Shown: in pieces, positions 35,163-44,228 of the stretch | Layout of the letters: each line of letters opens with the position of its first letter | How positions within the stretch are numbered: the stretch's first letter is position 1 | Translations under genes and position numbers: made by a program | NCBI GenBank assembly: GCA_028864975.1 | Contig: JAGWLG010000024.1 | Coordinates: 1 to 52,970, forward strand | Reading direction: 5' to 3' | From: Thermoplasmata archaeon | Lineage (GTDB): Archaea > Thermoplasmatota > Thermoplasmata > Lutacidiplasmatales > UBA184 | DNA length: 52,970 nt | The notes under the pieces: model-generated | Told to the model about the DNA's origin: nothing | Databases searched by the model: none | Seen by the model: the letters and a program-made list of their open reading frames with translations, nothing else

Positions 35163-35195
35163 GGATAAAGGAAAGGGGGGCGGAGAGCGGGAGGT

Positions 35196-38100
35196 CTAAC
35201 CGCCTTCGTTCTCCCAGCTCATGTTGCAGCGGGAGCAGTAGCCGTTCTCGAGGGGTCCGCTGCAGATGAAGCAGCGACCAGGGCCCGCCACGAGAGGCTC
35301 CGCGGGGGTCGTGGAGGCGGGCGGCGATGCAGGGAAGGGAGGCGCCGGCGGGGGAGCGACCGCTTCAGGCGCTGACGACACGGTCGACGGAGGAGGGATC
35401 GGAGGAGGCGATCGCGAGGTCGCGGGAGCCGCAGGCTCCCGGGGGATCTCCCGCACGATCGGCGGCGGAGGGACCAGGGGCGCTGCCGGCTCCTCTGGTG
35501 GGGGCGGGTGAGCGAGCGAAGAGGTGGGAGGCAGCTTCTGGGGCTCCGGCGCGCTCTCGACACGGTCCGTGAAGGCCGTGGGCTCAGGCGCGTTCGGCTC
35601 CCACGAGACCTGACAGATGTTGCAGACCCGGCCCGGCGCGAGGGGGCCGCCGCACTGGGGGCAGTGGGTGAGGTCGGCGGGGATCACGGGGGCAGGAGGG
35701 GGAGGGGGCAGAGGGGCCGTCGGAGGCATCGACCCGGTGAGGGTCTGAGGAGCTCCGTGGCCGATCCCTCCCGCGTCGTCCCCCTGGGTAGGTTCCCACC
35801 GCACCTGGCAGACCGGACACTCGCTCTGGGGGGAGAGCGGACCGGAGCACTGCGGGCAGTGGGTGAGCTTCTCCACGATGGGTGGTGGCGTGGAAGCCGG
35901 CACCGCCGGCGGAGAGATCGGGCTTGGAGCCATGACCTCGGTGGGGACCGCCGGTCCTACGGCGGCCGCATCCGGGCTCGCCACGAACTGACAGGTGGGG
36001 CAGGGGATGCCCTCCCCCAGGAGGCCCGACCCGCATCTCGGGCAGAGCGGTCCCGAGGCGGTAGGCGCAGCCGGAGCGGACGGGACGGACGGCGGCCCCG
36101 AGGCCGCGGTCGCCAAGACCGCGCCCACCTCGCTCACGCGAGTCCCCGGAGGGAGCGACGCTGGCCCAAAGGGGACCGCGCCACCTAGGTCGTCGGGGGA
36201 CTGGTCCGAGGCCCCCACCGGGACCATCGGGGCGATCATGTCGGGGTTCATCGCCGCGCCACCGGCGACCATCGGGGCGCCCACCGCGACGGCAGGGGCA
36301 AAGGCCTCCATGTCCGGGGAGTACTCCTCACGGGGGCGGCGGCGACGCATCGCGACCGCCAGGACGATCGCGGCCGCGGCGATCGCCGCGACCACCAGGA
36401 GGATCCACCATGGAATACCCGCGATGGTACCACCGTTGAAGATCCCCTGGCTCTGGGGCACCGCGACCGTGGCGGTGTAGTTCCCGGTCCCGGAACCCCC
36501 CGAGGTGTCGGTGACCTTGACCACCACCGGGTACCCGCTGGCCTTCGTGTAGAGATGCGCCACGCTCGAGGTGGAGGAGGTCGTGGTCGTGCTGACCGCG
36601 GCCGAACCGTCGCCGAAGTCCCAAAGGAGCGTGTAGGTTCCATGCCCGCCCGTGATGGTGGCGGTGATCGTCATGTTCACAGGCGCGGGGTCGTTGAACT
36701 GGCTGCTCGTGACCGATACGGAGATGGCAGGGTAGACGCTCACGTTCAGGAACCCGTTGCCCGTGCCCCCCACGCTGTCCGTAACCGTCGCGCGGACCTC
36801 GTAGGTGCCGGCGGTCGAGAACGGGTGGCCGAGCTGCGTCGAACCCGACTGGGCGGCGGCCCCTGTGCCGAAGGTCCAGCTGACGGAGGAGGTGAGGAAG
36901 CTCCCCGACCCTCCGGAGGGCGAGGCCGTGAAGATGTCGTTCACGTTGACGTCGACGGAGGTGGTGGTGGCGGTCAGGACGACCAAAACGGCGGGGTTGA
37001 TGAGGACGCTCGTGGGCGCGGAGGTCGTCGTGGCCCCCTTGCTGTCGACCACCTTGAGGGTCGCCGAGAACGTCCCGCTCGCCGCATAGGCGTGGGTCAC
37101 TTGGGCGGGCGCCGTCGTGAGCGTGACGGGCGTCGAACCGTCGCCGAAGTCGAACGTGTAAGAGGCATAGGTCCCCGAACCGCCCGTCACGGACCCGGCG
37201 AAGGAGATCGCCTCGCCCACGTCCGCCGTTGAGGGGCTGGCCGAGACCACCGCGGTGAACTGCCCCGCGGCAGCGACCGTGAGGGACTTCTGGGCGTTCC
37301 CGGTGTTCCCCTTGGAGTCCGTGACCACGACGGACGCGGTGTAGGGCCCGGGTGCCGCGTAGGTGTTGGTGGCCGTGTTCGTCGGGCTGTTCGCCGTGTG
37401 CCCGTCGCCGAAGGTCCAGGCGTAGGCGACGTAGGGGGCCGTGCCTCCGTTCACCCCGGCGGTGAACGTCACAGGAAGACCTGCCACGGGTGAGGTCGGG
37501 CTGTAGCTCAACGTCACCGCGAGCGTGCAGGCGCTGCCGCATCCCGTCCCCGCGGGGTTCACGATCTCGTTGAAGGGCTGGCTCGCGGAGTGCCCCGCGG
37601 AGTCCAGGACCGAGAGCGTCACCGAGTAGCCGGGGTTGCTGTTGGCCGTAGTGTAGTTGTGGTGCTGCCAGGCGCCCAGCCCCACCGCAGAGCCGTCCCC
37701 GTAGTTCCAGCTGAACGTGTAGGGGGCGAGCCCTCCCGTCGCCGCGGAGGAGAAGGTCACCATGGTGGTGGTGTTGGAGGGGTTCGGCGAGCCTGTCGCG
37801 CTCAGGATCGAGAGGGGGGCGAGGACGTGGATCGCGGTCGTGGCCTTCGCAGAGAAGCCCAAACTGTCGACCACAGTGACGGTCGCGTTGTACCACCCCG
37901 CCGAGCTGTACGCGTGGGTCGCCTTCGCCCCCGAGAGGGCCCCGGTCCCGTCGCCGGGGTTCCACGAGTAGGTGTAAGCGGGGCTCCCGCCCGTCACGGT
38001 CGCGTTCAGGAAGACGGTCTGGCCCGCCACCGGGGAGGCAGGTGCCGAGGCCGCGGCCACCGTCATCGGACTGTCGACCAGGACATAGCCGGTGGTCCCG

Positions 38101-40472
38101 GCGGTGACCTTCGGGTTCGCGGAGTCGGTCACGTTGAGGTAGACCGTGAAGTTCCCGGAGCTGGGATACTTGCCCGAAGGGTTCGTCAGCGTGGAGGACT
38201 GCCCGAAGCCCAAGCTCCAGACCCACGCCAAGGTGGGGGTCCCCCCAGCCACGGTGGCATTGAACCAGACGGTCTGCCCGACCAACGCCGGGCGGGGCGA
38301 GGAGACCAAGTTCGTGACCGATAGCGCCGAACTGACCGTGACCGTGGCGGTCGCCCAGGTGGAGGTCATCCCGAGGGAATCGGTCACCGACGCGGCGACC
38401 GTCGTGGTTCCGACCGCGCTGAACGTGTAGGGGAAGCTGGACGTCGTGGCCCCGGCCTGCGCGGCACCGTTCACCTGCCAGGAGTAGGCGTTGGCGCCGT
38501 AGGTTCCTGACCCCCCGCTCGGGGTCGCGGTGAAGGTGAGGCTCTGTCCCACGTCGACCGCTCCCGAGGAGGGGGAGATGGACACGAGGAGACGAGGGTA
38601 CACCGTGATCGTTCCCGCACTCGCGGTCACGATCTCTCCGAGCATGTCGGTGATCTGGACGGAGGTGGTGTACGTGCCAGAGTTCGTGTAGTTCACGAGC
38701 GGGTTCCTCGCCGTCGTGGGACAGCTGGGCGAACAGGCCCCGCCGAAGTTCCAACTGTAGGAGTACGCGGGCGCGCCGGCCGCGGGGGTCGAGTTGAACT
38801 GGACGTTCTGCCAGAGGTCGACCGTCGTCGGGGAGGCCGAGGCCGCGCCATACAACGCGAAGAAGTTCCCGTAGTAGACCTGGGCGGCGGGGTTCCCCGA
38901 ATCGATGTACACGACGTCGACACGGAAGGGCGAGGCCCCCGCGTTGGTCGTGACCCCGATCGAGGTCGCCGAGTACGGGCCCCCGGCGGCGACGCCCGCC
39001 ACCGTGGTGAGGAAGGTCCCCGAGATGGAAGGCGCCCAGCTCGCGTCCACGACGCTGCTGCTCGAGTCGTACCAGGACACGAACGGTCCACCCGAGGTCC
39101 CGTCCACGGCGATCGAGGCGCTCACGGTCCCCGTGGTGGTCGCGGAGCCCGTGGGGTAGCCACCCCGGGTGTACGTGTTCCCGGAGGCTCCGGTGTGGTA
39201 CCAGTAGGCGACATCGTAGCTCGGAGCGCTCGCGGTGGCGGCGTTGAGCTCGAAGGCGAGGTAGCTGTTGTTGCCCCCCGAATAGGTGATCTGATCAGGT
39301 CCGGTGACGATGACCGTGTAGGACCCTGCGAACGCGGAGCTGGTGATGGTCGCGGGTCCCTGAGGCGAACCCGCCCCACTGGTGTAGAGGGTGTTGTAGT
39401 TCTCCGTCGAATAGAACGCTCGAGCGTACTGGGTCGTCAACGCCCCGTTGGTCCATGAGGCCAGCACCGAGCAGTCAGGCGTGGTCGAGCTGCAGGACAT
39501 CCCCAGGTCCGGCCAGTATTCGGCCCCGCTCGCGGTGATGGCCTCGAGCCGCCACCCGCCATCGCATGAGGTGGTGACGCAGTAGGTCGTCCCCCCGGCG
39601 AATCCGTCGACCCCGACGACGGTGCAGGACGGCCAGGTCGTCCACGTCCCGCAGTCCACAAAGTCGCTCCAGAAGGTCACGAGGAAGTTCCCGGCGGAGT
39701 CCCAGGAGCCCGCGGTCCCCTCGAACGTATTCTCCGGGCCGTACCCGTTCGCCCGGATCCACGACTGTCCCCCCGTCGCAGCCCAGGAGGTTCCTCCGTT
39801 GGTCGAGACGTCCACCGTGTAGCCGTCGGAGGTTGCGGGGTTGATCGTGGTACGCGTGCGGTTCTCCCAGACCACCCCCAGGTGCGCCGAAGCGCCGCTC
39901 CCGAACACCGAGAGGTCGGGCGAGGTGTCCTGCGTCGCGTACGACCCGTCCAATTGGACCGGGGTGGAGAAGCTCGTGCCGTCGTTGCTGCTGTAGGCGA
40001 ACCAGATCGTCCACCGGCCCGTCACGTTCGCCGACCAGACCGTCCAGACGTAGCCGGACGAATCGGTCACGGTGGAGGGATTGTTGGACCAGGCGAACAC
40101 CGGGCCGCCGTTCTGGTCGGTGATGGTGGTTGTCGAAACATGGACGGAATTACCAAAGACCGTCAGGGAAGGGAGGGCGCGGGAGGCCGAGTCATTCGGA
40201 GGCATCGAGGGGGGTATCAGCGCACGGGCAGGAGCGACCTGGAGTGCGCGGGCCGCATGGGAGACAGGAACCGCTCCGGCGAGGGACATGATCGAAGGAC
40301 TGAGGGCCGTCCGGTCGATGAGCGAGGTCCCGGTTCCCTTGGCCATCTCCGAGGTCCCATGCGCTCCGACGAGGAACGAGCCTTGAGCGCCCCCCGTGAG
40401 CACCAGGGCGCTCAAGAGAAACCCCAAGGTCAAGCCCAGAACGAGGCGAGAACCTTGGGCGTGGTAGACCAT
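35196..40472 (-). CDS. Giant surface protein (1758 aa): BNR/Asp-box propeller, about 9 PKD domains, TM helix, Pro-rich tail with four double zinc ribbons
   Basis: Start MVYHAQG at 40472 followed by a signal peptide; Asp-boxes YSSNDGTSF and VSTNGGTSW; PKD cores W.FGDG...H.Y...G.Y; TM IPWWILLVVAAIAAAAIVLAVAMRRRR; four CxxC-x7/8-CxxC motifs. Confidence 0.9.
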   Translation of the reverse strand: MVYHAQGSRLVLGLTLGFLLSALVLTGGAQGSFLVGAHGTSEMAKGTGTSLIDRTALSPSIMSLAGAVPVSHAARALQVAPARALIPPSMPPNDSASRALPSLTVFGNSVHVSTTTITDQNGGPVFAWSNNPSTVTDSSGYVWTVWSANVTGRWTIWFAYSSNDGTSFSTPVQLDGSYATQDTSPDLSVFGSGASAHLGVVWENRTRTTINPATSDGYTVDVSTNGGTSWAATGGQSWIRANGYGPENTFEGTAGSWDSAGNFLVTFWSDFVDCGTWTTWPSCTVVGVDGFAGGTTYCVTTSCDGGWRLEAITASGAEYWPDLGMSCSSTTPDCSVLASWTNGALTTQYARAFYSTENYNTLYTSGAGSPQGPATITSSAFAGSYTVIVTGPDQITYSGGNNSYLAFELNAATASAPSYDVAYWYHTGASGNTYTRGGYPTGSATTTGTVSASIAVDGTSGGPFVSWYDSSSSVVDASWAPSISGTFLTTVAGVAAGGPYSATSIGVTTNAGASPFRVDVVYIDSGNPAAQVYYGNFFALYGAASASPTTVDLWQNVQFNSTPAAGAPAYSYSWNFGGACSPSCPTTARNPLVNYTNSGTYTTSVQITDMLGEIVTASAGTITVYPRLLVSISPSSGAVDVGQSLTFTATPSGGSGTYGANAYSWQVNGAAQAGATTSSFPYTFSAVGTTTVAASVTDSLGMTSTWATATVTVSSALSVTNLVSSPRPALVGQTVWFNATVAGGTPTLAWVWSLGFGQSSTLTNPSGKYPSSGNFTVYLNVTDSANPKVTAGTTGYVLVDSPMTVAAASAPASPVAGQTVFLNATVTGGSPAYTYSWNPGDGTGALSGAKATHAYSSAGWYNATVTVVDSLGFSAKATTAIHVLAPLSILSATGSPNPSNTTTMVTFSSAATGGLAPYTFSWNYGDGSAVGLGAWQHHNYTTANSNPGYSVTLSVLDSAGHSASQPFNEIVNPAGTGCGSACTLAVTLSYSPTSPVAGLPVTFTAGVNGGTAPYVAYAWTFGDGHTANSPTNTATNTYAAPGPYTASVVVTDSKGNTGNAQKSLTVAAAGQFTAVVSASPSTADVGEAISFAGSVTGGSGTYASYTFDFGDGSTPVTLTTAPAQVTHAYAASGTFSATLKVVDSKGATTTSAPTSVLINPAVLVVLTATTTSVDVNVNDIFTASPSGGSGSFLTSSVSWTFGTGAAAQSGSTQLGHPFSTAGTYEVRATVTDSVGGTGNGFLNVSVYPAISVSVTSSQFNDPAPVNMTITATITGGHGTYTLLWDFGDGSAAVSTTTTSSTSSVAHLYTKASGYPVVVKVTDTSGGSGTGNYTATVAVPQSQGIFNGGTIAGIPWWILLVVAAIAAAAIVLAVAMRRRRPREEYSPDMEAFAPAVAVGAPMVAGGAAMNPDMIAPMVPVGASDQSPDDLGGAVPFGPASLPPGTRVSEVGAVLATAASGPPSVPSAPAAPTASGPLCPRCGSGLLGEGIPCPTCQFVASPDAAAVGPAVPTEVMAPSPISPPAVPASTPPPIVEKLTHCPQCSGPLSPQSECPVCQVRWEPTQGDDAGGIGHGAPQTLTGSMPPTAPLPPPPPAPVIPADLTHCPQCGGPLAPGRVCNICQVSWEPNAPEPTAFTDRVESAPEPQKLPPTSSLAHPPPPEEPAAPLVPPPPIVREIPREPAAPATSRSPPPIPPPSTVSSAPEAVAPPPAPPFPASPPASTTPAEPLVAGPGRCFICSGPLENGYCSRCNMSWENEGG

Positions 40473-40629
40473 AGGTTGCGTGGGCGTCGCAAGCCTCCTG
40501 GGGTATAAGTACGTGCGCGGCGCACCCTCGAGGGTAGGCCCGTTTTCCTCTCGAGAAACCCGCGCGGCGGCCGACCCCGCGACGCGCACCTTATACCTCC
40601 CTCCGAAATGGCGCGCCCGGGTCGAAACG

Positions 40630-41799
40630 ATGGTGCTGCTGCGAGAGTACCGAGGCAAGGAGATCCTTCGAAAGTACGGCGTCCCGGTCCCCTCCGGGAA
40701 GGTGGTCCACAGCGGAGCGGAGGCGGCGGCGGCATTCACCGACAGGTCGGCCCCCGTGCCGTGCGTCGTCAAGGCCCAGGTGCTCTCCGGAGGAAGGGGG
40801 AAGGGCGGGTTCGTCAAGGTCGCGAACACGGCGCTCGAGGCCGTCGCGGCCGTGGACGCGATGATCGGGAAGGAGTTCAAAGGAGAGAAGGTCCGGGAGG
40901 TTCTCCTGGACCCCAAGGCCGCGATTGCCCGAGAGCTCTACTTGTCGGTCACGGTCGACCGGTCCTCCCGCAAAGCTCTCCTCATGGCCTCGGCCCAGGG
41001 GGGCATGGAGGTCGAGGCGCTCCCCGCCGAAAAGCTCCTGAAACTCCCCATCCATCCCCTAACGGGGCTCGTCGCTTACGAGAAGAGGGCCGTCGCCAAG
41101 GAGTTCGGCCTCCCCCCCGACGCCACCCGCGACCTGGACAGGATCCTCGACGCCCTGTGGACGATCTTCGAGAAGGAGGATGCGGAGCTCGTCGAGATCA
41201 ATCCTCTCGCCCTGGTGGGCGACCACCTTCAGGCCCTGGACGCGAAGGTCATCCTCGAGGATGACGCGATGTTCCGCCACCCGGACTTCCAGAAGGAACA
41301 CGGGGAGCTCTCCCCCCTGGAACAAAAGGCCCACGACAAAGGGATCGCCTTCGTCGAGATCGGCGGCGACATCGGGGTGCTGGCGAACGGCGCCGGCCTC
41401 ACCATGGCCACCCTGGACGTCCTCTACCAAGAGGGAGGCAAGCCCGGGATATTCCTGGACCTCGGAGGCACGGACGACCCGAAGAAGGTCGTCGAGGCCT
41501 TCCTGATGATGACCGAGGCCAAGCCGAAGGTCGTGTTCATCAACATCTTCGGGGGGGTCACCCGCTGCGACACGGTCGCGAGCGGGCTCGTCGAGGCGTT
41601 GAAGCAGGCCAAGCCCGACTTCCCCCTCGTAGCCCGTATCCGAGGGAACAACGAGAAGGAGGGGATCCAGATCCTCCGGGCGGCGGGAATCGGCTCCTAC
41701 GCCGACCTCGCGGAGGCGGCCAGGAACGTCGTGGCCCTGGAGCAGGGGAAGGCGAAGGCGCCTCCTCCCCCCGCCATCGTCGCGGGAGGTGCGCGATGA
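40630..41799 (+). CDS. sucC: Succinyl-CoA synthetase beta subunit
   Basis: [69 protein letters not shown]. Confidence 0.95.
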   Translation: MVLLREYRGKEILRKYGVPVPSGKVVHSGAEAAAAFTDRSAPVPCVVKAQVLSGGRGKGGFVKVANTALEAVAAVDAMIGKEFKGEKVREVLLDPKAAIARELYLSVTVDRSSRKALLMASAQGGMEVEALPAEKLLKLPIHPLTGLVAYEKRAVAKEFGLPPDATRDLDRILDALWTIFEKEDAELVEINPLALVGDHLQALDAKVILEDDAMFRHPDFQKEHGELSPLEQKAHDKGIAFVEIGGDIGVLANGAGLTMATLDVLYQEGGKPGIFLDLGGTDDPKKVVEAFLMMTEAKPKVVFINIFGGVTRCDTVASGLVEALKQAKPDFPLVARIRGNNEKEGIQILRAAGIGSYADLAEAARNVVALEQGKAKAPPPPAIVAGGAR

Positions 41800-42680
41800 G
41801 CATCCTGGTCGACGGCCACACCCGCGTGATGGTCCAGGGGATCACCGGCCATCAGGGGACGAACCACACCAAAGGGATGAAGGCCTTCGGGTCCAACGTC
41901 GTCGCCGGGGTCACCCCCGGCAAGGGCGGGACCCAGGTCGAGGGGGTCCCGGTCTTCGACACGGTCAAGGAGGCCGTGAAGGCAACGAAACCGAACGCGA
42001 CCTGCATCTTCGTCCCGGCGCCCTACACGCGCGACGCCTTCTACGAGGCCGTGGACGCAGGCATCCCGCTCGCGGTCATCATCACCGAGCACGTGCCGTT
42101 CCACGACATGCTGAAGATGCTCTACTACGGGAAGCTGCACGGGACCCGCATCATCGGCCCGAACTGCCCGGGGGTCGCGACCCCCGGCGGCTCGAAGGTC
42201 GGGATCATCCCCAACGTCGTCTTCAAGCCCGGCCGCGTGGGCGTCGTCTCGCGCAGCGGAACGCTGACCTACGAGATGGTCGCGGGCCTGACCGAGGCGG
42301 GCTTCGGACAGACCACCTGTGTCGGCCTGGGCGGGGACCCGGTGAACGGCACGACCTTCATCGACGCGCTCGAGCTCTTCCACAATGATCCCCAGACGGA
42401 CCTCGTCGTCATGGTGGGGGAGATCGGGGGCGTCGCCGAAGAAGAGGCGGCCGAGTACATCGGCAAGGGCTTCGGGAAGCCCGTCGTGAGCTACATCGCT
42501 GGCCGCTCCGCGCCCCCTGGCAAGCGGATGGGGCACGCGGGGGCGATCATCGCGCAGGGACGCGGGACCGCTGAGAGCAAGGTCGCGGCGCTCGAGAAGG
42601 CGGGCGCGAAGGTCGCGAAGTTCCCTTACGACGTCCCAGGGCTCGTGAAGCGAGCGCTCAAAGAGAAGGGGAAGGCATGA
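41796..42680 (+). CDS. sucD: Succinyl-CoA synthetase alpha subunit
   Basis: [50 protein letters not shown] (phospho-His); ATGA overlap with sucC. Confidence 0.97.
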   Translation: MSILVDGHTRVMVQGITGHQGTNHTKGMKAFGSNVVAGVTPGKGGTQVEGVPVFDTVKEAVKATKPNATCIFVPAPYTRDAFYEAVDAGIPLAVIITEHVPFHDMLKMLYYGKLHGTRIIGPNCPGVATPGGSKVGIIPNVVFKPGRVGVVSRSGTLTYEMVAGLTEAGFGQTTCVGLGGDPVNGTTFIDALELFHNDPQTDLVVMVGEIGGVAEEEAAEYIGKGFGKPVVSYIAGRSAPPGKRMGHAGAIIAQGRGTAESKVAALEKAGAKVAKFPYDVPGLVKRALKEKGKA

Positions 42681-42925
42681 AGGGGGGACCCGGGGAGACC
42701 TCGGAGGCTCCAAGGCGGAGCCCGCACGCTCCCGCCGCCGCCCCGAAGTGCTCGGTCCCAGAGTGCTCGGCGGAATCGGTCCGCTCGATCGCCCTTGCGG
42801 AAGCGAAGAAGGCCTTCGAGAAGCTCCCGGACGGGGAGCGTCGCGCCCATCTCTGCCGCGAGCACTACCGGGCCTGGAAGAAGGCCACGAAGAAGGACCG
42901 GGACCTCCAGCGGCTCGGCTGGTAA
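42677..42925 (+). CDS. Small C-x4-C...LC-x2-H putative zinc-binding protein
   Basis: KCSVPEC...VRSI...[28 protein letters not shown]; coupled to sucD; resembles an uncharacterised archaeal family as I recall it, not verified. Confidence 0.75.
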   Translation: MKGGPGETSEAPRRSPHAPAAAPKCSVPECSAESVRSIALAEAKKAFEKLPDGERRAHLCREHYRAWKKATKKDRDLQRLGW

Positions 42926-42961
42926 GGAGACCGCTACTCCTTCCCCAGGTGAGGAGGAGCC

Positions 42962-43384
42962 TTGTCGGACGAGTCCTCGCCGGAGCGGCCGGAGCCGTAC
43001 ACCGATGCGCTCCGGGCCATCACGCCGGACCTCCTCATCGCCATCTGGCAGAGCACGATCGATGAGGGGAGTGGGCACTTCTCCCGGGAAGTCAAATACC
43101 CCACCGTCCTTGCGAAGATCTCGAACTACCTTCAGAACGAGGCCCTTCGCGTCCCCCCGTGGGAGGCCTGCGGGACGGTTCTCTTCCGGTTCGTCGACGA
43201 GCAGCCGTTCGGCGACTGCAATCACCGCACCGGGTGGTTCCTGGTCCAAGCCCTGATGGCCCGGGCGGGCTACCGGCTCGTGCGGAGCGAGGACCACATC
43301 GTCGACTTCCTGCGGGGGATGGTCAATCGCGCGGTCACCCGGGAGCAGGCCATCGCCTGGGTCAGGGAAAGCTTCGCTCGCTAG
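42962..43384 (+). CDS. Fic/Doc family protein with variant active-site motif
   Basis: EQPFGDCNHRTG aligns with HPFxDGNxRxG; size and C-terminus are Doc-like; TTG start after a GAGGAG RBS. Confidence 0.75.
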   Translation: MSDESSPERPEPYTDALRAITPDLLIAIWQSTIDEGSGHFSREVKYPTVLAKISNYLQNEALRVPPWEACGTVLFRFVDEQPFGDCNHRTGWFLVQALMARAGYRLVRSEDHIVDFLRGMVNRAVTREQAIAWVRESFAR

Positions 43385-43545
43385 GCGAGGGCCTGGCAGA
43401 CGGCGTGTTGCAACCGCAGCCGGGCTCGGACCTCCTCCAAGAGGGCACGCTGGACGGCGGTCCACTCGACCAGGGGGGGTGTCCTCCCGGTCGAGGGAGG
43501 AGTGACCCGGGGAGAGAGACTGGCGGGACGGGGAACGGCTTCCAC
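43381..43545 (-). CDS. Putative 54-aa small protein (below the ORF-track cutoff)
   Basis: GTG start preceded by GGAGGG and by a TATA-like CCTATATC about 25-30 nt upstream; MEAVPRP...LVEWTAVQRALLEEVRARLRLQHAVCQALA*. Confidence 0.4.
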   Translation of the reverse strand: MEAVPRPASLSPRVTPPSTGRTPPLVEWTAVQRALLEEVRARLRLQHAVCQALA

Positions 43546-44228
43546 GCCCTCCGGAGGTCCCGGCGGGGGATATAGGCTGACCCTCCCGGCAGCGCGATTT
43601 TCTCACCTAATATCTTGAGCTGTGAAGACGCGCGATCAGCCTATCCAAGAGCGCCATGCGACGACCACGACGACCACCAGGGAGGAGATTAAGCCGAGGA
43701 CCCTCACGGGTCCCCATGGCCGTCCAAGGGTGCCGACGGCTGCGGCGCCGTCGTCCAGCCGAGCCCGGCCGTCAAGATGGCGGCGGCCCCCGACTCCCAC
43801 CCCAGCAAGATTTGGATCCCAGGCACAGTCCGAAGGGTGGCACCTACCGCGGGAACGGGCCGACGGCCCAGCCCACACCCACGGACTGCGGGACTGGGCG
43901 CGCCCCCGCGTTCGTCCCCGCGAGCGTGCTCGCGTCGAGGTCCGTGCCGCGGCCTTGAGCCCCCGGCACCACCGAAGGTCCCCCCCCGCCCCTGCCCCTC
44001 GCCCTGCCAGGCTCGGTGGCGGCGCACACCGACGGGGACGCCTCGCCGTCGCCCCAGGCGGGCCGCGCGTGGTCCTCTGGTGGCCTTGCACACGGCCTCC
44101 AGAACTCTTCACAGTCGCTAAGCCCTGGCGAGATCAACACATCTTCGAGGAGTGCCACGCAGGCGTGCGCCTACGAGGTGCCTCGACCCAGGACAAAGGA
44201 ATATCCCCCCGCGGCGCGTCCCTGCTTC

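Noticed and set aside
44016-44228. N-terminal extensions given by the ORF track (also 4906, 19701, 24988, 40480, 40916, 49176)
   Set aside because: The extensions overlap promoters or neighbouring genes and lack domain content; downstream starts fit TATA spacing, signal peptides or family N-termini better.
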